Source: a virus
Strand: one strand, 5' to 3'
DNA: 64,000 nt
Virus record (IMG/VR): IMGVR_UViG_3300036795_000124
Span: 753-64,752 of that record
Shown here: positions 8,296-16,342 of the stretch, piece after piece
Layout: each line of letters begins with the position of its first letter
How positions within the stretch are numbered: position 1 is the stretch's first letter
Notes under the pieces: model-generated
Databases searched by the model: none
What the model was told of the DNA's origin: nothing
What the model saw: only the letters and a program-made list of their open reading frames with translations
Made by a program: the position numbers and the translations under genes

Positions 8296-9303
8296 TCAGA
8301 CGATGCGCCAGCGATCGTTGCCGGCGGAGACGATTTTCGATCCCGACACCTTGGCAAGACGATTGATATGGCGTTGCGCGATCGGCCAGCCGGTCGCGTC
8401 CGTCAATTCCTTCTTGCTGGCGCCGTCCTTGCGCTTGAGCAATTCAATCGCTGTCGCCTGTTTGCCGATGCCACGCGGACGCGATGCTCCCGCGACGCGT
8501 GCGGCACGTGGCGGTCGTTGTCCGCCGAGACGCGGATCGATCGTACGAACGATCTTCCCGGTCTTGTCGATGATCTCGACCGTCATATCGATCTTGCGGG
8601 CGATGTTCTGCGCGATTTCGCCGAGCTTGAATTGCGGCCCGATCGGGATGCGGAACACGTATGGCCCCCCCTCCGTCGGAAGGGCTGAAAGATCGTTCTG
8701 CGGTCCTGGCGGCTCCTGGGGTTCCGCAGGCGGGGGCGACGACGCGGGGGGGGCATTCCCTCCGTTCGTCTTCCCCGCCCCCTGGACCCCCTTGCCCTTC
8801 GCGTCCTGAGGGGCTTTCGCCGGTTCCCCCGGGGGCTTGGGCAAGGAATGATCATAGGGAACGGGAACGCCCGCCCCATTGCCGGCGGGGATGGCGAAGA
8901 TGGTCGCGCGTCGTCCGTGCTTGCCGTGCGTCGCGTTCATCGCCTGGGCCTTGCCGACCGCCTCGTCCAGGCTTGCCGCCGTCTCGTCGAATCGCTTGGT
9001 CGGGCTGGCGCGGAAATGGATCGAAAAACTCGCCGCGCTGGCGATCTTGGTCTGTGCATCGGCGTCCGCCGGGTGCATTTTCTTGCCGCCGGTCGCGGCG
9101 GATTTGTCCGCCTGCTTGGGCGGGACCTCGCCAGCATCGCCGTCTTCCAGCGGCATGATCTGCCACGATCCCTCCTTGTACATACGAACTTCGTAATCGG
9201 CCCCGCGCGCCTTGAAACCGTTGCGCTTCAATTCGGCTATGGCGGCCTCTTTGGTCGGCCAGCTCATTTGTCTGAGTTGAGCCAGCGTCGTGAATTGTGT
9301 CAT
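8296..9303 (-). CDS. Multidomain protein with C-terminal DUF3489-like winged helix
   Basis: KQATAIELLKRKDGASKKELTDATGW motif; long Pro/Gly linker. Confidence 0.65.
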   Translation of the reverse strand: MTQFTTLAQLRQMSWPTKEAAIAELKRNGFKARGADYEVRMYKEGSWQIMPLEDGDAGEVPPKQADKSAATGGKKMHPADADAQTKIASAASFSIHFRASPTKRFDETAASLDEAVGKAQAMNATHGKHGRRATIFAIPAGNGAGVPVPYDHSLPKPPGEPAKAPQDAKGKGVQGAGKTNGGNAPPASSPPPAEPQEPPGPQNDLSALPTEGGPYVFRIPIGPQFKLGEIAQNIARKIDMTVEIIDKTGKIVRTIDPRLGGQRPPRAARVAGASRPRGIGKQATAIELLKRKDGASKKELTDATGWPIAQRHINRLAKVSGSKIVSAGNDRWRIV

Positions 9304-9413
9304 GAGTTTCTGGTGTCCCTCTGTATCCTGACATCGTCCATCGATCCCAGGCCGGGGCACCAACGCGCAGACCCAAGGGGAGGTCGGCGCGCGGCGCTCC
9401 GGTACGGGGTCGC
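9304..9413 (-). repeat. Structured intergenic element R4
   Basis: CCCGTA-P1-CCTGGG..TCAGGA-CAGAGGGACACC. Confidence 0.8.
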
Positions 9414-10544
9414 TCAGGCCGCGAGCAATTGCGCCCTGGTCGGATCGCCCTCGGCGTTGGAAATCGCTTTCCATTGCGAGGCCGGCAGATCGATCACGTG
9501 CCCGCCGATCCGCTCGAATTCGGTCGCGCGGTCGTAGCCCGGCAAATCTTCCGCCGTGCGGGTGATCGCATTGAACAAGCCGTAGCGGGTCAATGAACCG
9601 CCCTCGATCAGATGCCGCAGCACGCCGCCGCGCTCATCCTCGGTCATGCCGAACCGCTTGGAGGCGAATTCGACCACCTTGACCGGATCGCCCTCGATCT
9701 TCTGCTGGGTGGTATCGGTGATTTTGGCGATGCGTGCGTCGAAACGGGCCTCGTCGAACGCGCCTTTGCAGACGTCGCGGATTTGTCCCCATAGCGCCTT
9801 GTCGGTAAGCCGGCGCGTCTCGTCGGACAGCAATTCCGCGATACCCTCGCCAGCCACCAGATCATGCCGCGCGCCGACGTGACGACGCTTCATGCTGTCG
9901 GAGGCGAACACCGCGAGATTGGTGCACGCCTTGGTCCAGATCGCGGTCTCGATCGACAGCGCGCCGGAACCGACCTCGGAATTCGAGATCACCATCGCCG
10001 GCACGCAGGTATCGAAGATGTTGTGCGATCCGTCGCCCATGCGCGCGCCCATCGGGATGTCCCGGTTGATGCGTTTGTCGACCACCTTGAGATAGAGCCG
10101 GCGCTCGGTGATCTCGCATGATATGACCTCGACCTTGAGATCAACGAGCACCGGCAGCACCGCCTCGGCGAGATCGACGTTTTCCAACGGCCGATAGGCG
10201 TCGGAGAGAAACGCCCGCGTGCGGTTGTCCAGGGTGCGGATCAATCTTGTGCCGGGCGTCTGTTCGATCCAGGTGTTGACGTTCTGCGCCAGCAAGTGCG
10301 GCGCCTCGGCCCGCATCCGATCATAGTATTTCGACGGGATGCCGACGTAATTGCCGATCTGATCATGCGCCAGATCGTTGACGCCGAATTCCTCGGTGCC
10401 CACCGACAATTCGATCGGCGCCTTGGGATCGGACGGGTCGGCCAGCATGACGATATCCTTGGTCGATGCCACCAGATCGCGCTTGGCGCCCTGCTGGCGT
10501 TCGATCTCGGCCGCAAGCTGGCTGAGGGTTTTTCCTGTTTTCAT
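9414..10544 (-). CDS. DUF932/DUF945-family phage/plasmid protein
   Basis: MKTGKTLSQLAAEIERQ...RAFLSDAYRPLEN...TRYGLFNAITRTA pattern. Confidence 0.75.
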   Translation of the reverse strand: MKTGKTLSQLAAEIERQQGAKRDLVASTKDIVMLADPSDPKAPIELSVGTEEFGVNDLAHDQIGNYVGIPSKYYDRMRAEAPHLLAQNVNTWIEQTPGTRLIRTLDNRTRAFLSDAYRPLENVDLAEAVLPVLVDLKVEVISCEITERRLYLKVVDKRINRDIPMGARMGDGSHNIFDTCVPAMVISNSEVGSGALSIETAIWTKACTNLAVFASDSMKRRHVGARHDLVAGEGIAELLSDETRRLTDKALWGQIRDVCKGAFDEARFDARIAKITDTTQQKIEGDPVKVVEFASKRFGMTEDERGGVLRHLIEGGSLTRYGLFNAITRTAEDLPGYDRATEFERIGGHVIDLPASQWKAISNAEGDPTRAQLLAA

Positions 10545-10624
10545 TGGTAGGGTGTCCTCTGTATCCTGATCATCATTGATCAGGCCGAGGCGTCGTCCCG
10601 TTTGGGGACGGCGCTTCGGTACGA
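10545..10624 (-). repeat. Structured intergenic element R5
   Basis: P2 is the perfect stem CCTGATCA/TGATCAGG. Confidence 0.85.
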
Positions 10625-10750
10625 TCAACGGTCGCACCGTCTGTCGTAGTGATTACGTTCGTGGCGTATGCGTATGGAATATCCGACGATCGCCCCGATA
10701 CAAAACAGCGCCAAGACGCTGATGATCGTCAGGACTAATGTCCAATCCAT
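10625..10750 (-). CDS. 41-aa single-TM protein (absent from the ORF track)
   Basis: AAGGAGGG SD; MDWTLVLTIISVLALFCIGAIVGYSIRIRHERNHYDRRCDR. Confidence 0.6.
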   Translation of the reverse strand: MDWTLVLTIISVLALFCIGAIVGYSIRIRHERNHYDRRCDR

Positions 10751-10764
10751 TTTTTTCCCTCCTT

Positions 10765-10959
10765 TTAGACCAGTTCATCCGGTTCTTCGGTTAGCGGTGG
10801 CGTGAGTTCATCCGCCCAAGCGTGGATTTCCTCGACCATGACCTGGCAGAGCAATCGCTCCCTTGGCGAGAGCGTAACGCCATCGAGCAGGTCCTGATAA
10901 TGATCCAGCGCCTGATGGATGATCGCCAATCGGAGCAGCAATTGCGCGCCGATTGTCAT
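10765..10959 (-). CDS. Hypothetical protein
   Basis: ATGA-coupled ORF. Confidence 0.55.
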   Translation of the reverse strand: MTIGAQLLLRLAIIHQALDHYQDLLDGVTLSPRERLLCQVMVEEIHAWADELTPPLTEEPDELV

Positions 10960-11141
10960 GTCGATTTGTCCAGTTGGAGCATAGGCACCGCCGCGAACAA
11001 GGTGGCTGGCCGATCGCAGCGAATGACGAATCGATCGGGGCCGGTTCGCACGACGATCAGTTTGGGATCGGGCTTGTTGGTCAGGGCATCGAGCGCCTTG
11101 TCGCGATCGCTGCCGGGGATGACGGTGATGCGCGTGAGCAT
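10956..11141 (-). CDS. Hypothetical protein
   Basis: TGATG overlap at 11141. Confidence 0.5.
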   Translation of the reverse strand: MLTRITVIPGSDRDKALDALTNKPDPKLIVVRTGPDRFVIRCDRPATLFAAVPMLQLDKST

Positions 11142-11272
11142 CAGAGACACAGCAGCGGCAGGCGGAAATCGCTGAAAAGCATCAGCCCGGCGAAGATGAG
11201 CATCGCCCCGATGACCGCATCAAGCGTGGGCGCCAGAACGCCGGTGAGGGCGTCCGTTATTGCGAATTTCAT
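11141..11272 (-). CDS. Small membrane protein
   Basis: Follows R6; hydrophobic. Confidence 0.55.
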   Translation of the reverse strand: MKFAITDALTGVLAPTLDAVIGAMLIFAGLMLFSDFRLPLLCL

Positions 11273-11348
11273 GGTTGGTGTCCTCTGTTTTCCTGAGTCG
11301 GTACTGGCCCAGGCAAATGCGGCCCGATGGGGCCGCATCTGTCGCGGG
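11273..11348 (-). repeat. Structured intergenic element R6
   Basis: CCCGCGA-CAGATGCGGCCC..GGGCCGCATTTG-CCTGGG..TCAGGA-CAGAGGACACC. Confidence 0.85.
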
Positions 11349-11504
11349 TCAGCGTTGATGGCCGTTGGGAAGCACGCGGCCACGTTCATCGATAATCTGG
11401 TGATAGAGTCTGCTGTCCTCTGAGATCGCGATGGCGACGATAAATCCGAGCGCGAATATGATGAGAACGCCCAGACCAGCGGCGATCACCAGCCAACGCT
11501 TCAT
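11349..11504 (-). CDS. 51-aa single-TM protein (absent from the ORF track)
   Basis: ATGA overlap; MKRWLVIAAGLGVLIIFALGFIVAIAIS... Confidence 0.6.
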   Translation of the reverse strand: MKRWLVIAAGLGVLIIFALGFIVAIAISEDSRLYHQIIDERGRVLPNGHQR

Positions 11505-11995
11505 CGACTCGCGCCGTCGCGTCTGATCTTGCGAGGATTGCGGGCGGTGACGATGGTGGGAATGCTGGCGAGCGGTCCCAGGCGATTGGCCCGGCCGACC
11601 TCGGCATCGATCTCAGCCTGTGAAGGGCCGCTCTCGATGATCTGGTAGCGCGATGCTGAGCGTGAACCACGCGGCTCCTTGCTCAGAATGTCGCGCATCT
11701 CCTCGGCGACGGCCTCGCGGTCGTAATCGCCGAATGCGATCTGCCATATCCCGTCCTCGCCGCGTTCCAGCAGCGTGAAGTACTGGCGCGGCTTGCGATT
11801 GGGGACGACCAGCGCATCGCTGAGCACATCGCGCAGCTCGGCGAGCGTCGCGATAGCGCCCTCGGCGAACTGACGATCGTGGACGGTATGCGCCCGTCCG
11901 CGCTTGGCGCCGGCCGCAAGCAATCTGGCGTCGATCAGTTTGATGACCTCGGCCATAGCGTCGACCACGGTCGTGGCTTTGATGATCTGTTTCAT
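11501..11995 (-). CDS. Hypothetical phage protein
   Basis: Follows R7. Confidence 0.7.
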   Translation of the reverse strand: MKQIIKATTVVDAMAEVIKLIDARLLAAGAKRGRAHTVHDRQFAEGAIATLAELRDVLSDALVVPNRKPRQYFTLLERGEDGIWQIAFGDYDREAVAEEMRDILSKEPRGSRSASRYQIIESGPSQAEIDAEVGRANRLGPLASIPTIVTARNPRKIRRDGASR

Positions 11996-12076
11996 GGTTG
12001 GTGTCCTCTGTTTGGTCCTGGCTGATCCAGGGAGATGCAGCGCCCCTTTGTGGACTGGGGCTGCATCCCTCGCGGA
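11996..12076 (-). repeat. Structured intergenic element R7
   Basis: TCCGCGA-GGGATGCAGC..GCTGCATCTC-CCTGG..CCAGGA-CAGAGGACACC. Confidence 0.85.
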
Positions 12077-12391
12077 TCAGGCGCCGGTGCAGGCCTCGTA
12101 GTATTCCGACGTTGGCGCGGGTGATGGTGTCCGAAATGTCTCGTAGGCACGTTGCATAGCCGCATCGCGAGCCGTCTCGTGTTCCGCGAGTTTAGCTGCG
12201 TAATAAGAGTCCGAAATCGCGTACGGTTCAGCGATTTCTCCCAAGGGCGTGCCGGTGCTGTTGTGGACAAAACGCGTGTAGGTGACGGCGCCATTATGCA
12301 ATTGATCCAATTGCCATACGGCCTCGTTGTAGACGTGCCAGGCGTGGGCTATCATCGCGTTGTATTTTACGTCGTCCGATGATGATTCCAT
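12077..12391 (-). CDS. Hypothetical protein
   Basis: Follows R8. Confidence 0.6.
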   Translation of the reverse strand: MESSSDDVKYNAMIAHAWHVYNEAVWQLDQLHNGAVTYTRFVHNSTGTPLGEIAEPYAISDSYYAAKLAEHETARDAAMQRAYETFRTPSPAPTSEYYEACTGA

Positions 12392-12486
12392 TGTTCGGTG
12401 TCCTCTGTTGTCCTGGTCGATCCCAGGCCGATGCAGGCACGAACGATCCGGAGATCGCCCGTCCTGCATCGGTACGGGATAGGGAA
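12392..12486 (-). repeat. Structured intergenic element R8
   Basis: CCCGTA-CCGATGCAGG..CCTGCATCGG-CCTGGG..CCAGGA-CAGAGGACACC. Confidence 0.85.
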
Positions 12487-12798
12487 TTACGCGGCGGTTT
12501 TCTTGTTCGTGTTGCTGTTGGCCGGTTTCTTCGCGACGGGCTTCTTCGCCCTCGCGATCTTCGGCTCGAAGCGATAGCGCTTCAATCCATCGTCGGTCTT
12601 GCTGCCGTCGATGATGATGAGCTTGAAACCGAAGCGATCGGCGATGCGCTGCAACGACCACGAATTATGCGGCGTGACGCCGCCGGCCTTCTCCAGCAAT
12701 TTCGCGGCGGTCAATCCGTTCTTCGCCTGCAACGCGATGCAAACGATGGCGGTCTGGCCGCGCGGTTCGCGATCGGTCGTGCTGGTGATCTGTGCCAT
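12487..12798 (-). CDS. Small basic DNA-binding-like protein (DUF3489-like), first gene of the leftward operon
   Basis: wHTH-like core ending DDGLKRYRF, Lys-rich tail. Confidence 0.55.
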   Translation of the reverse strand: MAQITSTTDREPRGQTAIVCIALQAKNGLTAAKLLEKAGGVTPHNSWSLQRIADRFGFKLIIIDGSKTDDGLKRYRFEPKIARAKKPVAKKPANSNTNKKTAA

Positions 12799-12814
12799 TG
12801 TTTTGGTGTCCTCT

Positions 12815-12862
12815 GGTTTCGCCCATACCGGGGCTCATCGGGTCGGCTGATTGCCGACGACC
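12815..12862 (-). ncRNA. Candidate type III hammerhead ribozyme
   Basis: GGUC/GUCGGC-AAUCA-GCCGAC-CCGAUGA-GCCC-CGGUAU-GGGC-GAAA-CC; core intact except U4C; stem III only 3 bp. Confidence 0.65.
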
Positions 12863-12927
12863 GCGTTGCAACGGCATTCTGTGATGAATGCTGCCGCAAC
12901 GCTGTTTTGGATTAACAGAGGAGGACA

Positions 12928-12944
12928 CACCAATTCTGATTCAC
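12928..12944 (-). repeat. 17-bp element, copy 2, in the putative leftward promoter
   Basis: Exact inverse of 3215-3231; lies 2 nt downstream of a TTGACA on the minus strand. Confidence 0.8.
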
Positions 12945-13526
12945 GATGTCAAAGACTTCGCAACGACTCCGAACATCCCGCAACGCATGCAAGGAAGACG
13001 TTTTCGCTGGAATTGATCGGCCTTGCAGGCAGTGCCATGGTGGCACGAGCGATCGATTCAATGCGGAACATCTGTAGCTGCATCAGCGGCGTCATCACGA
13101 CGGCGGCGGATGGCATGAGAGGCGGAATGGCGGATGTGATTGTCGAACAGCGGCGGGAGGCGGCAATGATCGGAATGCGTGACGCAGTGTTTGCATCCTG
13201 CCTCGTTGGCAGATCGGCAGATCGTGGGGATGCGGCCCGTGGGCCAATACGGCGATCGATCGATCGCTACGCGGGAACATTGCCATGTCCCTGCACACGC
13301 GCGGTGGAACGCGTCATGTGCGTCAGATGAAATTGAGAAAGAACATGGATATCAACGTGTTATCCCGATATCCGACACACATCGTAACGGCGTGGCACCC
13401 CGGCGCAAGTCGGCAATTCCGCTTGGGTAATCAACAGCTTACAGGGCCTCGCTGCGCATCCGTGGCGATCTCCGCGCGATTCCGCGTCAATTCCGTTTCA
13501 CACAGCGAAACCCCCGGAGGACGCGC

Positions 13527-14126
13527 ATGAATGACGCATCTACGCCCCCCGCCGCCGCGCTGCAGATCGTCTATCGTCCCCTCAAAGAACTCGAACCGTA
13601 CGCCAGAAATGCCAGACGACACACCGCGCGTCAGATCGGCAAATTGCGGTCATCGCTGGCGCGCTTCGGATGGACCAACCCCATGTTGATCGCTGGTCGG
13701 GAAATGATCGCCGGTCACGGCAGGCTGGCGGCGGCGTTGGAGATGGCGGCGGCAGGCCAGGCGGTGGCGGGCAATCCCGATCCGTGGACCGGACCCACGG
13801 TCGATCTGTCGCATCTATCGACGGGCGACCGCTCGGCCTATCGATTGGCCGACAATCGCATCGCGCTCGACGCCGGCTGGGACAACGAATTGCTGCGCCT
13901 GGAAATGGCCGATCTGCAAGCCATGGGCGTTGATCTCTCGTTGACCGGCTTCGCCAATATCGAAATCGGCACCATCCTCGGCGCGGCCACGCCATCGTCC
14001 CGCGGTCTGGCCAACACCGGGTTGCAATATCAGATCGTCATCGAATGCAAGGACGAAAAGCAACAGGCCGAACTCCTCGCCCAATGGCGGGCGGAAGGAT
14101 ATCCATGCAAACCGCTGATCCTCTGA
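13527..14126 (+). CDS. ParB/Srx N-terminal-domain protein
   Basis: PYARNAR...FGWTNP...IAGHGR...YRLADNRIA motifs; GGAGG SD. Confidence 0.85.
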   Translation: MNDASTPPAAALQIVYRPLKELEPYARNARRHTARQIGKLRSSLARFGWTNPMLIAGREMIAGHGRLAAALEMAAAGQAVAGNPDPWTGPTVDLSHLSTGDRSAYRLADNRIALDAGWDNELLRLEMADLQAMGVDLSLTGFANIEIGTILGAATPSSRGLANTGLQYQIVIECKDEKQQAELLAQWRAEGYPCKPLIL

Positions 14127-14127
14127 C

Positions 14128-15240
14128 ATGCCGACGATAGATCTCGCGGTCGAGACCGCGATCAGCCAATCGATCCGCGCCGCCCAGGTGTCATCGATGT
14201 TCGACGTGCCGCCGGCGCCCGTCCAACGCCTGGAATGGCACGGCGACATGCCGTTGGATGAACGTCCCTGGCATGTGGGCCTGATCGTCGGTCCCTCCGG
14301 GTCCGGCAAATCGACCATCCTCAATGGCGTGTTTGGCGCGCCGGCGATCTTCGATTGGCCCGGGGTGTCGGTGATCGATGATTTCGATGCCACGGTCAGC
14401 GTGGAAGACGTGGCCCAGATATGCCAGGCGGTGGGCTTCAACACGATCCCTGCATGGCTGCGTCCGCATGCGGTGCTGTCCAACGGCGAGAAATTCCGCG
14501 TCGATCTGGCGCGGCGCCTGCTCGAGGGCGGGCCCCTGGTGACCTGCGACGAATTCACCTCGGTGGTGGATCGTCAGGTGGCCCGGATCGGCGCCCACGC
14601 GGTGCAGAAGCACATCCGGCGGCATGACCGGCAATTCGTGGCAGCTGCCTGCCATTACGACCTGGAAGATTGGTTGCAGCCGGACTGGGTGTTCGAGCCT
14701 GCCACCATGGTTTTCAGATGGAGGTCGGTTCAACGACGACCGGAACTCATTTGTGGTGTCCATCGGGCTCCGCGGTCTGCTTGGGCCGCCTTCGCTCGTT
14801 TTCACTATCTGACGGCTGACATCCATCAGAACGCCAAAATCTATGTCCTCACTGTCGAGGGCGAACCGGCGGCGTGCTGCGGCGTGATATTCCGCCCTCA
14901 TGCCAGGGTGCGCGACATTTATGGCATGTCCCGGCTCGTCACCCTCCCCGATTATCAGGGCATCGGTCTAGCCTTCGCCTTGGCCGATCGCGTGGCGTCA
15001 GCCTATCGGGCCATGGGGCGACGGTACCACGCCTATCCCGCGCATCCCTCGTTGATCCGTTCGTTCAATCGTTCCGAGGTGTGGCAGATGGAACGCGCCC
15101 CCGGAATGCAAAACAGCACGCGCGACGGCGGCCACGTGTCGGTGGGAGGTCTCTCGTTTGGCGGCAGGCCTTCGGCTTGTTTCTCATATTGCGGGGCCGC
15201 TATGGAGGATCGCGACGCAGCGGAGAGGCTGGTGGCGTGA
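14128..15240 (+). CDS. ABC-type ATPase fused to a GNAT acetyltransferase (putative DNA modification)
   Basis: Walker A GPSGSGKS, LSNGEK signature, DEFTS Walker B; C-terminal SRLVTLPDYQGIG GNAT motif. Confidence 0.85.
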   Translation: MPTIDLAVETAISQSIRAAQVSSMFDVPPAPVQRLEWHGDMPLDERPWHVGLIVGPSGSGKSTILNGVFGAPAIFDWPGVSVIDDFDATVSVEDVAQICQAVGFNTIPAWLRPHAVLSNGEKFRVDLARRLLEGGPLVTCDEFTSVVDRQVARIGAHAVQKHIRRHDRQFVAAACHYDLEDWLQPDWVFEPATMVFRWRSVQRRPELICGVHRAPRSAWAAFARFHYLTADIHQNAKIYVLTVEGEPAACCGVIFRPHARVRDIYGMSRLVTLPDYQGIGLAFALADRVASAYRAMGRRYHAYPAHPSLIRSFNRSEVWQMERAPGMQNSTRDGGHVSVGGLSFGGRPSACFSYCGAAMEDRDAAERLVA

Positions 15241-15611
15241 ACCGCTGGGCGATCTCGATCCGGCAACCCTTCGCCTGGCTGATCATCGCCGGTCACAAGG
15301 ATGTCGAGAACCGACCTTGGGGCACCGTGCACCGCGGCCCCATCCTGATCCACGCCGGCGCCAGCTTCTGTGACGGGTTCACCCCGTCCAACGCTCTACG
15401 GAACTGGCCGGACGTCCAACCGCCGGACGAATGGCTGCTGGGCGGCATCATCGGCGAGGCCGAACTCGTAGACGTGGTGACGGAGCATCCCTCTCGTTGG
15501 TTCAACGGTCCGCGCGGCCTGATGTTGCGCAACCCCCGCAGCCTGCCGTACCAGGAATGCTATGGTCGTCCCGGCGTGTTCAAGGTCGATTATCGCCAGA
15601 AAGATGGATGA
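15237..15611 (+). CDS. ASCH domain protein
   Basis: AISIRQPFAWLIIAGHKDVENR...RGPILIHA motif; GTGA overlap. Confidence 0.85.
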   Translation: MNRWAISIRQPFAWLIIAGHKDVENRPWGTVHRGPILIHAGASFCDGFTPSNALRNWPDVQPPDEWLLGGIIGEAELVDVVTEHPSRWFNGPRGLMLRNPRSLPYQECYGRPGVFKVDYRQKDG

Positions 15612-15790
15612 ACGAGATGCATCCTATGATCACGGACGACGATGAGACGATCCTGCAGCAAAGGGTTGATGCCATCGTGCGGGGGGTTGTCGGTCAGCCG
15701 ATCAGCGACGAACTGATCAGGCAAATGTCCGCAAAGCTGGGCGCCGATCCCGTCATCAAACAGCTGATCGCCGAGATTGACGATGAATGA
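15608..15790 (+). CDS. Hypothetical protein
   Basis: ATGA overlap. Confidence 0.45.
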   Translation: MNEMHPMITDDDETILQQRVDAIVRGVVGQPISDELIRQMSAKLGADPVIKQLIAEIDDE

Positions 15791-15850
15791 CGTGCAGATC
15801 AAAGGACGGCGGATGGCCGAAATCCAGGATTATTGAGAAGTCGCACGGAG

Positions 15851-16342
15851 ATGCCCGACGCGATTCCCAATCAACCGCCGTACAATCCGAAAGCGCTGTT
15901 CGTCCCGACCACGGAGCAACGCTGGCTGGTCCAGGTGCTTCACGCCCACGGCATTCCGCTCGCGGCGATCGCGCGCAATGTTCACGATGACGGCCGGCAT
16001 ATCGACGTCAAGACGCTCAAGCGCGCGTTCAAGGAAGAATTGTCGACCGCGAAATTGCAGGTCAAGGCAGCCATCATCGCGTCGCTGGTGCGATCGGCGA
16101 CGCAGGGCAATGTGATGGCCCAGCGCTACTGGTTGTTGACCCATGGCGGTCCTGAATGGAAAAATCCGTGGAATGATCGCGACGCTGCGGCGCCGATCGC
16201 CGCGAACGAGACCGGGACCACGATCATCATCAAAGGCGGCCTGCCGCCGATCGATTATTCCGCGCCGACCCTCGAACACGAGGATATTGTGCCGCGATCT
16301 ACCAACGGCAGCGGCGGTAATGGTCGAGATCATTCGGATTGA
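15851..16342 (+). CDS. terS: Terminase small subunit (HTH type)
   Basis: Position before terL; HTH then GNVMAQRYWL motif. Confidence 0.75.
   Translation: MPDAIPNQPPYNPKALFVPTTEQRWLVQVLHAHGIPLAAIARNVHDDGRHIDVKTLKRAFKEELSTAKLQVKAAIIASLVRSATQGNVMAQRYWLLTHGGPEWKNPWNDRDAAAPIAANETGTTIIIKGGLPPIDYSAPTLEHEDIVPRSTNGSGGNGRDHSD

Noticed and set aside
5844-12486. R elements as a CRISPR array or integron attC sites
   Set aside because: The units are separated by whole genes, vary in length and sequence, and lack RYYYAAC/GTTRRRY boxes; no cas gene or integron integrase is present
13390-13410. Sigma54 promoter TGGCAC..GC
   Set aside because: GG-to-GC spacing is 9 nt rather than the required 10
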